From positions 75,717-139,716 of the forward strand of contig JAQUPP010000002.1 in assembly GCA_028716665.1 (NCBI GenBank): a stretch of 64,000 nt of DNA. The letters run 5' to 3'. Source of the DNA: Patescibacteria group bacterium. Lineage in GTDB: Bacteria; Patescibacteriota; Patescibacteriia; UBA2591; JAQUPP01. The position numbers and the translations under genes were made by a program. Positions 46,968-54,929 of the stretch are shown one piece after another (position 1 is the stretch's first letter; every line of letters begins with the position of its first letter). The notes under the pieces were generated by a model. It was not told the origin of the DNA. It searched no databases and worked only from the letters and a program-made list of their open reading frames with translations.

Positions 46968-48350
46968 TTATTTTAATTCAGCCGGCATTTTAAAATCAAT
47001 TTTGGTTGGTTTGATGTATTTGGCAATTAGTTCGCGAGTGTTGTTGACGTTTAATTGTTCAGCCAGAAAACTGAATTTTTCACCAATGACTTGGCAAAAT
47101 TTTTCTTTGATTTCAGGGCTGATTTGAGAAATTTCTTTTTCAAATGCACCCCAAGTTTTTTTTCTTAAATTATACAAAAATTGTTCATCGTTCCAATTTT
47201 CTTTTCGTTCTTTTTGGCAGTTATTTTTAAGCCAATCATACATTTTTTCTTTCAAATCTTGAGGAAAATATGGGTTGTCTAAAATAATGTTTTGAAAAGC
47301 CGTGGCCAAATGAATTTCCAGAACTTGATTTTGGGTGAATTTATTGAACATTTCATCTTTCAAAGTGGAGGCGCCGTGAGCTACTGCGCCGCCTAATCCA
47401 TATTCTTGGCAGGCGATTTGTCCGAGATTTTTAAGAGTGTCAAAATCAATTTCTATATCGGCCATTTTGCCGTCTGCCAGCATTATGCCGCCATGGCTGG
47501 TGCCTGATTGGACGCTGATTTTGGAAAGGCCTGTGGAAATATTTGAATTTTTTAAAATTTGGTTATAATTGTTTAAAAATGCTTTCAGCTCTTCGGGGGT
47601 TGAATTTTTTTTGCCGATTTCTCCGATTTCTCCGCCAATGGAAACGGTTATATCTTTTGGCTCCAGTTTTCTGATAAATGATGTCAGCTCGGCCGTGGTT
47701 TCAAAATTTTTTCTTTGTTGTTCTTCAAGTGAAGATTGGGTTAAATCAACCAAAGTGGAGGCGTCTATGTCAATATTATAAAAACCGGCTTCAATGGATT
47801 CTTTAATTGTATTTTTTAAATTATTTAATTCTTGCTCGGGATTTTCTTGATATTTTTTTAAATTTATTTGGCCGTGATCTAATTGAATAAATACTGGTCC
47901 GGAAAATCCTTGTTTGATCGCCGCGGCCAAAATAACAGCCGCGTATTCAATAGGGGGTTGGGCGGTATAAACCATTTCCGTGCGAGCCAATTCAAAAATA
48001 AAAGCACCGATATTTTTTTTAATCGCTGTTTGAAAAATAACCTGGGCTGATTCATAAGTTAATCCTCGTAAATTCATGGCCGGCACGGTTATATCTTTAA
48101 ATTCTCCGCGGCCATGAGCCAGATAAAAATCGTTAATTGAAGCCGGATAAACGTTTAATTTTTGGCCGATTTTTAAAATCAGCCAATGGCAAGCTTTTTT
48201 AATCGCTAAATCATCGTTTAAAGCCGCGTTTTCCGCCAACTCGTCAATAGTTTCGTTTAATTGTTCTTTATCTAAAATATCCAAGCCGTCATTTTCTATT
48301 TTTATGGCCTTGATATTTTGAATTAAATCTGGAATATTTTTATAAATCAT
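46968..48350 (-). CDS. Class II fructose-bisphosphate aldolase-like protein
   Basis: TVPAMN, FIQLDH, DIDAS, GGEIGEIG, GTSHGG, AHGASTL. Confidence 0.78.
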   Translation of the reverse strand: MIYKNIPDLIQNIKAIKIENDGLDILDKEQLNETIDELAENAALNDDLAIKKACHWLILKIGQKLNVYPASINDFYLAHGRGEFKDITVPAMNLRGLTYESAQVIFQTAIKKNIGAFIFELARTEMVYTAQPPIEYAAVILAAAIKQGFSGPVFIQLDHGQINLKKYQENPEQELNNLKNTIKESIEAGFYNIDIDASTLVDLTQSSLEEQQRKNFETTAELTSFIRKLEPKDITVSIGGEIGEIGKKNSTPEELKAFLNNYNQILKNSNISTGLSKISVQSGTSHGGIMLADGKMADIEIDFDTLKNLGQIACQEYGLGGAVAHGASTLKDEMFNKFTQNQVLEIHLATAFQNIILDNPYFPQDLKEKMYDWLKNNCQKERKENWNDEQFLYNLRKKTWGAFEKEISQISPEIKEKFCQVIGEKFSFLAEQLNVNNTRELIAKYIKPTKIDFKMPAELK

Positions 48351-48387
48351 ACTTTAATCATAAGCTGATTTTTATGTTTAGTCAACT

Positions 48388-48425
48388 AAAACAGCGAGAC
48401 CGTTGATAAGCGGCCTCGCTGTTTT
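48388..48425. terminator. Intrinsic terminator
   Basis: aaaacagcgag.ccg / cgg.ctcgctgtttt. Confidence 0.7.
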
Positions 48426-48439
48426 TATATAAATAATCT

Positions 48440-49330
48440 TTATTTTATCGGTTTGTGGGGTTTTACGAATAAATTTTGTTCATCCGGATTGCCCAAAGTT
48501 TTGTCCATCTCTTTTTCGTATCCGCCTAAGTCCTTCGTACTATTGATAAATTCTTCTATTTTTTCCAAACTGTCTAATTCGGGTTCTAAATTGAACCCTT
48601 TTTGTTTTAATTCATGCAATCTTTTTAGGGCAAATGCCCATGCATTTCTTTCTTCTATTGCCAATAATTTTTCATATTGGACAAATAGATTTTTTGACAC
48701 CGGGTACGATTCTTTTTCGTATTGAGGACAATAAAGCACCTCATTATTTTTAAGAGTTTTCCGTTTTTTTCCTTTAACAGCTTGCCAAGATCCCTCTAGT
48801 TTTAATTCTATATCAAGTATTTGTTTTTCAATTTTTTCGTCAATCCAAGAATGACCGATTTCATGAAATAAAGTAAGTATATTGCCTTTTTCCTTTAAAT
48901 CGCCGTAAAACAATACTTCAATTTTTCTGTATCCTCCTTCTTCTTTCTCGAATTCCATTGTTTCAAGCCCAAAAGTGTCTTCTTCCGGCAGGCCGTTATA
49001 TTTGGCGTTAGACAAATAAATTGTTTTTTTTGATAACATTTGATGGATAGATTCTCCGTCTCCATTTTTATTGAAAATTTTAATATCTTTGGTAATAAAC
49101 AATCCTTCTTTTTGTTTTTCGTTTTGAGCGGGATAATTAACCCTTTCAATATTAGAGGGTAATTTTTTATAGCAAATAATTTCTTGAACAGGAACACCGC
49201 CCTTAAGTTCTCCTTTAATTTCAAGGGTTTTTCCATTTTCAAGACTATTTAAATCAGCCGAAAGAGATTTTCTCTCCGGTATTTTTTGTAATTCAGGGGA
49301 ATTTGAAAATTCCATATTTCTTTCTCTCAT
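48440..49330 (-). CDS. Hypothetical HExxH zinc-metallopeptidase-like protein
   Basis: LFHEIGH...EERNAW.FA; own promoter and terminator. Confidence 0.6.
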   Translation of the reverse strand: MRERNMEFSNSPELQKIPERKSLSADLNSLENGKTLEIKGELKGGVPVQEIICYKKLPSNIERVNYPAQNEKQKEGLFITKDIKIFNKNGDGESIHQMLSKKTIYLSNAKYNGLPEEDTFGLETMEFEKEEGGYRKIEVLFYGDLKEKGNILTLFHEIGHSWIDEKIEKQILDIELKLEGSWQAVKGKKRKTLKNNEVLYCPQYEKESYPVSKNLFVQYEKLLAIEERNAWAFALKRLHELKQKGFNLEPELDSLEKIEEFINSTKDLGGYEKEMDKTLGNPDEQNLFVKPHKPIK

Positions 49331-49372
49331 ATTAAATAAATTTTAGCATATTTTTTGAAAAATGTCAAATAA

Positions 49373-49399
49373 AATAGGCAGATTTTAAATCTGCCTATT
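49373..49399. terminator. Intrinsic terminator
   Basis: aataggcagattt / aaatctgcctatt. Confidence 0.65.
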
Positions 49400-49411
49400 A
49401 AATGGCGAATA

Positions 49412-49639
49412 TCAGTATGATTGTACTTTCAGCAATGGTTCTTTGACTGTTTGCGGGGGCATTTCTTGAAATTTAATTTTACATTTTTCACAATATAATC
49501 CATGGTCAACTTCATGAGATTGATTTTTTGAGCCGGGACCAAATATTGGCGGGCCGTTTTTGGGATTATATTCTGTTCTCACGTCGCGCATAATTCTTCC
49601 GCCGCAAATAGGACATTTACCATTTGTTGGATTAGCCAT
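49412..49639 (-). CDS. Small zinc-ribbon protein
   Basis: CPICGG...YCEKC; AGGAGGTG SD before ATG 49639. Confidence 0.7.
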   Translation of the reverse strand: MANPTNGKCPICGGRIMRDVRTEYNPKNGPPIFGPGSKNQSHEVDHGLYCEKCKIKFQEMPPQTVKEPLLKVQSY

Positions 49640-49653
49640 TTTTATCACCTCCT

Positions 49654-50277
49654 TTAATTTAATGAACGATGATTTTTGATATGCCTCCAGATATATAAAA
49701 TTACAGCTAAAATAATTAAAACCGCGATTAATACATCAAAATTGTGAAATTTTTCTCTGATTAAATCCCAATTGTTTCCCATTTTAATGCCCAGCCAAGT
49801 AAATAAGGCACACCAAGGCAAAGCGCCGACAAAGGTATAAAAAGAAAACTTTTTAAGATTCATTTTAGAGATGCCGGCCGGAAAGGAAATATAGGTTCTG
49901 ACAATAGGCAAGAGGCGACCAAAAAAAACAGTTAAATCTCCGAACTTGGCAAACCATTTGTCCGCCATATCCAAGTCGTGTTTGGAAATTAAAATATATT
50001 TGCCGTATTTTTCAATCAAAGGGCGTCCGCCTTTAAAGCCAATCCAATAAGCCAGAAGAGAGCCGATTAAATTTCCGAATGCTCCGATTATCGCTACTAG
50101 CAGAAAATTCATTTTTCCCATAGCCACTAAGAAACCGGAAAAGGGCATAATTATTTCAGAGGGGATGGGGATACCGCAGCTTTCCAAAAGCATTAATAAA
50201 AAAACTCCGCTATAGCCGCTAAAGCCGATAGTTTTAATTATAATATTGGCCAGAAAATTGATAAAATCAGTAATCAT
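49654..50277 (-). CDS. DedA family membrane protein
   Basis: LESCGIPIPSE..MPFSGF, FFGRLLP.VRT.ISFPAG. Confidence 0.93.
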   Translation of the reverse strand: MITDFINFLANIIIKTIGFSGYSGVFLLMLLESCGIPIPSEIIMPFSGFLVAMGKMNFLLVAIIGAFGNLIGSLLAYWIGFKGGRPLIEKYGKYILISKHDLDMADKWFAKFGDLTVFFGRLLPIVRTYISFPAGISKMNLKKFSFYTFVGALPWCALFTWLGIKMGNNWDLIREKFHNFDVLIAVLIILAVILYIWRHIKNHRSLN

Positions 50278-50414
50278 ATTGATTTATTATAGCAGACTTT
50301 TAAATTTAAACAAATTGAAAATAAGTTTAAGTATTGACAGAAATTTAATTTTAAGATATTATGAATAAATATTTGCGGTACCTTAAAATAAAAAAAAAGG
50401 GGGGGGTGATAAAA

Positions 50415-51203
50415 ATGAATAAATTTTTATGGGGAATAATTATTTTATTTATTTTCAGCCAAGAAAGTAATTTATTCGCCGGTGAAAATAATCAAGCGGA
50501 ACGCGAAAATCTTTTTCAAGAATTAATGGAAAAAGATTTTACTCGCCAAGAATTGGAAAATATTTTTTCCGATAAACGTGTTGAGATTTATGACAGTTTG
50601 ATTGGTCCGTTTGGGAAAGAGAATGAAAAAAAGAGACAAAAATATTTGGAATTTCTTTTGTCTGACGCATCAGTCCAGGATGGTAAAACCTTTCTCCTGA
50701 CTAATGAGGCTATCCTTTCGGATGTTGAGAAAGAAATAGGCGTGGACAAAGAAATTATCGTTTCTGTTATGAAAGTGGAGACTGACTTAGGCCGGTACTT
50801 CGGCAATTATCGAGTCTTTAATGTTTATAACACTCTCTATTTTAAATCTCATTCTGTAAAGAAAAGAGAGTGGGCCAAACAAGAGTTGATCTGTTTCTTA
50901 GTTATTTGTAAAGAAAATGGATTTGATCCCTTGAGTATCTTTGGATCTTCAGCCGGGGCTTTTGGTTGGTGCCAGTTTCTTCCCTCAAGTTGGAAATACA
51001 CTTGTGACGGAAACAATGATGGCGTGATCGATTTGTTCAATTTTACCGATGCTGCTTATAGCACAGCGATTTTTTTAAGAGAAAGAGGCAAGTGGCAAGA
51101 AGGAAAGTGGAATAAAGAAGCGATCTTTAAATACAACAGAAGCTTGTTTTACGTAAAGACGGTTTATTTGTATGCCCAAAAAATTGGGTTTGATCAAAAA
51201 TAA
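50415..51203 (+). CDS. Exported lytic murein transglycosylase (MltB/SLT_2-like)
   Basis: Signal peptide; V..VETD.G, GSSAGAFG.CQFLPSS, DGNNDG.IDL, KYNRS; ATG 50361 overlaps the -10 so 50415 preferred. Confidence 0.88.
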   Translation: MNKFLWGIIILFIFSQESNLFAGENNQAERENLFQELMEKDFTRQELENIFSDKRVEIYDSLIGPFGKENEKKRQKYLEFLLSDASVQDGKTFLLTNEAILSDVEKEIGVDKEIIVSVMKVETDLGRYFGNYRVFNVYNTLYFKSHSVKKREWAKQELICFLVICKENGFDPLSIFGSSAGAFGWCQFLPSSWKYTCDGNNDGVIDLFNFTDAAYSTAIFLRERGKWQEGKWNKEAIFKYNRSLFYVKTVYLYAQKIGFDQK

Positions 51204-51237
51204 AAAAGCGGCTTTCTAAAAAAAGAAAGCCGCTTTT
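51204..51237 (+). terminator. Intrinsic terminator
   Basis: aaaagcggctttc / gaaagccgctttt. Confidence 0.75.
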
Positions 51238-51315
51238 ACATTGAATTTGACAAAAGTCGTAAATTTGTTATTATATTTATAGTTCTTATTAAACCTTAAA
51301 ATAAAAGGAGGGATA

Positions 51316-51786
51316 ATGATTATTCAATTAGGGCCATCAGCTATACCTTATAATAAGAGATTTCAATTTATGTGTTGTTGTTCTTATTATAAGCATCCGC
51401 ATGGTTGTCCAAATTTTGGTAAAAAATCTGATTGTCCGCCAAATTTGCCCTTGATTACCAAAGTTTTTGATTTCGGGCAAAAAATTTATTTAATTTACAC
51501 TGAATTTGATTTGGCCGCGCATGCCGAACGAATGCTGAAAATGCATCCGGATTGGAGTGAACATCAGATTTATTGCGTTCTCTATTGGCAGTCTAAAGCA
51601 AGGGTTTTTCAGCGGAAAGAAGAGGGGATGGCGATTAAACAACATGGTTTGGAATATATCTGTCGTTCTCCGGAAGCGCACGGTGTAAATATTACAGAAT
51701 TAATGAAAACTCAAGGAATCGTCTTGGAATGGCCGCCCAGAAAAATTACCCGTTTGGTTTCTTTAGGGGGATGGAAAATAAAATAA
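51316..51786 (+). CDS. DUF2284-like Cys-rich metal-binding protein
   Basis: GCPNFGK..DCPP and SPEAHGVNI..L motifs; own promoter/SD. Confidence 0.65.
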   Translation: MIIQLGPSAIPYNKRFQFMCCCSYYKHPHGCPNFGKKSDCPPNLPLITKVFDFGQKIYLIYTEFDLAAHAERMLKMHPDWSEHQIYCVLYWQSKARVFQRKEEGMAIKQHGLEYICRSPEAHGVNITELMKTQGIVLEWPPRKITRLVSLGGWKIK

Positions 51787-51819
51787 AGAGGTCAATAAAT
51801 TAATAAAATTGACCTCTTT
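51785..51819. terminator. Bidirectional terminator
   Basis: aaagaggtcaat / attgacctcttt. Confidence 0.7.
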
Positions 51820-51849
51820 TTTTAATGAAAATTCGTTTAAGATAAATTC

Positions 51850-52290
51850 TTAAAATTTTAGACAAATTTTAAGAATCCCCACGCAAATTAACCCCATCTC
51901 TGCTAAAATTAAAGGAACTAATAACCATTTCTTTTTCTCAATCTCATCAGTAAGATTAAAATCAATAATGGAGGTCATATAGACGATGACAAGAATGAAA
52001 CCAATGGTGATGGCGACTGCTGCAATAATGGAAGCAGTGGTTTTGAAAAAAGTGAAGACGGAAAAGAAAGTGAAATCAATAGCAGTGGCAGCGAATGCAG
52101 TGAAGAATGAAACGAAGAAGAATTTGATATTAGTAACAAAAGCAAAATAGACAGAAGCAATAAGGGTAAAAACAAGAACAAGGGCGAGGGCGATGATCAC
52201 GTCTTTGGTTAAACTAAATGTTATTGCAAAAAACCCGATTGCAAGAACAATCGCAGACAATACAGATAGACCCAGAGTTAATTTTTTCAT
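51850..52290 (-). CDS. Hypothetical membrane protein (ORFan cassette)
   Basis: Several TM segments; AAGGAGG SD; TTGACA-16-TATAAT. Confidence 0.7.
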   Translation of the reverse strand: MKKLTLGLSVLSAIVLAIGFFAITFSLTKDVIIALALVLVFTLIASVYFAFVTNIKFFFVSFFTAFAATAIDFTFFSVFTFFKTTASIIAAVAITIGFILVIVYMTSIIDFNLTDEIEKKKWLLVPLILAEMGLICVGILKICLKF

Positions 52291-52349
52291 TTTTCCTCCT
52301 TTATAAAAATAACTATTTTAAATTATAGATAAAATTAGAAATTTGTCAA
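52282..52349 (-). repeat. 68-bp promoter-SD-start module, copy 1
   Basis: 66/68 identical to 53710-53777. Confidence 0.9.
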
Positions 52350-52409
52350 CTCTTTCATAAAGAAATTTTTATCTTTCTTTAAAATTATGATTTAAGTGGA
52401 TAATTGTCC

Positions 52410-52437
52410 TTGACAAAAATTAAAGAACTGATATTAT
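52410..52437 (+). promoter_or_regulatory. sigma70 promoter of orphan RNA
   Basis: TTGACA-16-TATTAT with extended TG. Confidence 0.6.
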
Positions 52438-52444
52438 ATTTATT

Positions 52445-52716
52445 AACCAGTATAGATTGCAGTCCTAAAAAGTTAGAAAGTCTTCTCGAGGTGGGCGTCT
52501 TGAGAAGACCTATACACCCGTATCCACGCTGTAGTACTAACTGGTCACGCCTGGTGGATTTTCCATGGAGAATCCATTGGAAACGGAACGTAAGGTTAAA
52601 GTGGGTTATTAAGGGTCCCATATCGCCTATGTCATCCTTGGGGTCGCATAGCTACGAGCTCTAAGGTTCTGACATTTTAAAGCGGGGTTGGTCAACGACC
52701 ACCCCGCCTCTTTTTT
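52445..52716 (+). ncRNA. Candidate structured non-coding RNA of unknown family
   Basis: GC-rich island with promoter, several nested stems and terminator gcggggttggtc-aac-gaccaccccgc-T6; no credible ORF. Confidence 0.6.
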
Positions 52717-52731
52717 ATTTAAAAAATAGTT

Positions 52732-52884
52732 TTAGGCTTGTTTCTTTTGTGACGGATTCGCCCTATTTGTATTTTTTATTGTTTTTCTTGCCTCTAGCAT
52801 TAATCTTTTTGCTACCAATCTTTTTTGGGTTTTATGGGAATGTGATTTTTTGTGTCTATTTAATCCCGTGCTTCTTTTTGCCAT
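52732..52884 (-). CDS. Small very basic protein (50 aa), not in the ORF track
   Basis: MAKRSTGLNRHKKSHSHKTQKRLVAKRLMLEARKTIKNTNRANPSQKKQA*; follows the cupin gene. Confidence 0.6.
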   Translation of the reverse strand: MAKRSTGLNRHKKSHSHKTQKRLVAKRLMLEARKTIKNTNRANPSQKKQA

Positions 52885-52908
52885 ATAATATTTTTATTAA
52901 TTAGTTAA

Positions 52909-53307
52909 TTATTCTGTGGTTTTACCGTCAAATTCTTCGCCATTGGTTTCCGCCTCTTCTTTGGTCGCGCGGACTATGCCATCTTTATGATGAGCGGGGG
53001 AATAAATGGTATAAAGTTTTAAGTCCTCAACCTCTGACGTATTGATAACATTGTGTTTTGCTCCGGCGGGCACAACTATTGCGGTGCCATTACCGACTTC
53101 ATATTCATTGCCGTCAATAATCACTTTGCCTTGACCCGCTTCAAAGCGAAAAAATTGATCATTATCATTGTGAATTTCCATTCCAATTTCTTCTTTAGGC
53201 AGGAGACTCATCAGCACCAACTGGCTGTGTTTTCCTGTGTATAGAACTTTGCGGAAATTTTTATTTTCTAAAGTGTCTTTTTCAATATTGGCGTTAAATC
53301 CTTTCAT
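52909..53307 (-). CDS. Cupin domain protein
   Basis: EIGMEIH..NDQFFRFE.G.G, VPAGAKHNV.N, YTIYSP.HH. Confidence 0.9.
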   Translation of the reverse strand: MKGFNANIEKDTLENKNFRKVLYTGKHSQLVLMSLLPKEEIGMEIHNDNDQFFRFEAGQGKVIIDGNEYEVGNGTAIVVPAGAKHNVINTSEVEDLKLYTIYSPAHHKDGIVRATKEEAETNGEEFDGKTTE

Positions 53308-53436
53308 AAGTTTTAAAATTAATCAATTAAAATAAATTAATCTTTTATAACTATAAGTCTTCTATGTCATTTTGTCAATACTTTATCTTTTTAAAAAAAA
53401 TACCACCTCAACATTGTCGAAGTGGTATGATTTTAT

Positions 53437-53718
53437 TCAAGTGATAATTTTAAAAAGTTCTAATTTTACACAAGGATCAGTTAAGGATGGCCTATCATTA
53501 ACATTGGCAATAGTGTTGGGTGTAGTTTCTTTTTTTTCGAGCAAGGGACAATATTCTGGTCGACATGCAACTCTTTTTGTGTGATGTTTTGGTGCGTCAG
53601 GGTGCATACACAGAACTCCAAAATATGGCTCGCAATCTTTATAAAATGGACATTTTGTGTCGGGCCACGAGAAATCATCAGAATACCTAAATTCAGGTAT
53701 GTAGTCTTCTTTTTTCAT
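53437..53718 (-). CDS. Small Cys-rich hypothetical protein
   Basis: CPFYKDC...CMHP...CRPEYCPL; shared promoter/SD module. Confidence 0.7.
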   Translation of the reverse strand: MKKEDYIPEFRYSDDFSWPDTKCPFYKDCEPYFGVLCMHPDAPKHHTKRVACRPEYCPLLEKKETTPNTIANVNDRPSLTDPCVKLELFKIIT

Positions 53719-53777
53719 TTTTCCTCCTTTATAAAAATAACTATTTAAAATTATAAATAAAATTAGAAATTTGTCAA
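53710..53777 (-). repeat. 68-bp promoter-SD-start module, copy 2
   Basis: 66/68 identical to 52282-52349. Confidence 0.9.
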
Positions 53778-53792
53778 TACTTTATCTTTATC

Positions 53793-53823
53793 AAAAAAAC
53801 GAGTTAAAATAACTCGTTTTTTT
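53793..53823 (-). terminator. Terminator after tRNA-His
   Basis: aaaaaaacgagtt-aaaat-aactcgttttttt. Confidence 0.7.
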
Positions 53824-53897
53824 GGGGTGGCTAACGGGATTCGAACCCGTGATAAGACTTCCACAGAGTCTTGTGTTACCACTACACTATAGCCACC
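53823..53897 (-). tRNA. tRNA-His(GTG)
   Basis: Encoded G-1, AGACT-CTGTGGA-AGTCT anticodon arm, TTCGAAT, C73 + CCA. Confidence 0.96.
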
Positions 53898-53903
53898 ATG
53901 GGC

Positions 53904-53978
53904 TGGTACCCCCAAGAGGAATCGGACCTCTATGTTCAGCTTAGAAGGCTGACGTTCTATCCATTGAACTATGGGGGC
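53904..53978 (-). tRNA. tRNA-Arg(TCT)
   Basis: GCCCCCA/TGGGGGT acceptor, TCAGC-CTTCTAA-GCTGA, T-loop TCCGATT, encoded CCA. Confidence 0.93.
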
Positions 53979-54023
53979 AATAAAAATTTAAAATTAAAAG
54001 ACAAATAGACTACGAGACATTTT

Positions 54024-54905
54024 CTATTTCATTTTTCTTAAAGCTTCGATGCGTTTTTGAATCGGCGGATGAGTGGAAAAAAGATTGGCCATTAAACTGT
54101 TTTGACCAAAAGGATTGGCAATATATAAATGAGCAGTGGCCGCCTCGGCTCTTTTTAAAGGTTGTTTATCTTGAGAAATTTTTTCCAAAGCGCTGGCTAG
54201 TCCCTCGGGATAACGAGTCAAAAGCGCACCGGAAGCGTCGGCTAAATATTCTCTTTTTCTGGAAACTGCCAATTTAATTAATTGAGCGATAATAGGCGAG
54301 AGAACGATTAAAACAATGCCAACGATTAAAAAAATTGAACTGCCATTATCTCTGTCGCTTCGGTCGCGATTGCCGGAAAATCCGGTTTGAAAAACTAAAC
54401 GAGCTAAAATATTAATCAGTCCGACCAAAACTATAACCAAGGTCATTAAGCGAATATCGTAATTTTTAACATGACTTAATTCGTGAGCGATTACTCCTTC
54501 CAATTCTTGATTTTCCAATTTTTGGATAATGCCCGTAGTTAAGGCGATAGAGGCGTGATTTGGATCGCGGCCGGTGGCAAAAGCGTTAGGCGACGAATCA
54601 TTAATAATATAAATTTTAGGTGTAGGCAGTCCGGCAGTAATGCAAAGATTTTCCACCATTCGATAAACATAAGGATTTTCAGATTTATTCAAAGGTTGAG
54701 CGCCTGAACTCCAAAGAGCCATTTTATCACCTGAATAATAACCGAACAAGGTGGTAAAAAAAGCGAAAAATCCGGCTATAATCAATCCCGCAGAACCGAT
54801 TGAAGTGTATTTGGAAACGATCCAGCCGATGAATAAAATAAACGCGCAAAAAATAACAATCAGTAAAATAGATTTATGTTTATTGGAATCAATTTCTTTG
54901 TACAT
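54024..54905 (-). CDS. htpX: Zinc metalloprotease HtpX (M48)
   Basis: PNAFATGR, GVIAHELSH, SRKREYLAD, FSTHPP. Confidence 0.93.
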   Translation of the reverse strand: MYKEIDSNKHKSILLIVIFCAFILFIGWIVSKYTSIGSAGLIIAGFFAFFTTLFGYYSGDKMALWSSGAQPLNKSENPYVYRMVENLCITAGLPTPKIYIINDSSPNAFATGRDPNHASIALTTGIIQKLENQELEGVIAHELSHVKNYDIRLMTLVIVLVGLINILARLVFQTGFSGNRDRSDRDNGSSIFLIVGIVLIVLSPIIAQLIKLAVSRKREYLADASGALLTRYPEGLASALEKISQDKQPLKRAEAATAHLYIANPFGQNSLMANLFSTHPPIQKRIEALRKMK

Positions 54906-54929
54906 AAGTTTTTCGCATCTTACCTCAAA

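Larger units (their letters stand above)
53371..53789. repeat. 20-bp direct repeats (53371-53390, 53770-53789) bounding a one-gene cassette
   Basis: tttgtcaatactttatcttt twice, each containing a minus-strand TTGACA. Confidence 0.8.

Noticed and set aside
52463-52475. 12/13 match between the orphan RNA bubble (tcctaaaaagtta) and the 36-bp repeat, suggesting a guide
   Set aside because: The match is short, A-rich and plausibly due to chance; there is no second guide-like match.
52404-52664. 86-aa ORF (and antisense 78-aa ORF) over the GC-rich island
   Set aside because: The TTG start lies upstream of the predicted -35, there is no SD, and the composition is atypical. Extensive base pairing explains the region better as RNA.
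52445-52716. RNase P, tmRNA or SRP identity for the orphan RNA
   Set aside because: Only a partial GAAAGTC is present; there is no P4 3' strand, no tRNA-like ends or tag frame, and no SRP domain IV motif.
53904-53978. tRNA-Arg(TCT) as a pseudogene because of the TCC T-loop
   Set aside because: All stems pair and CCA is encoded; a single T-loop variant is not enough.
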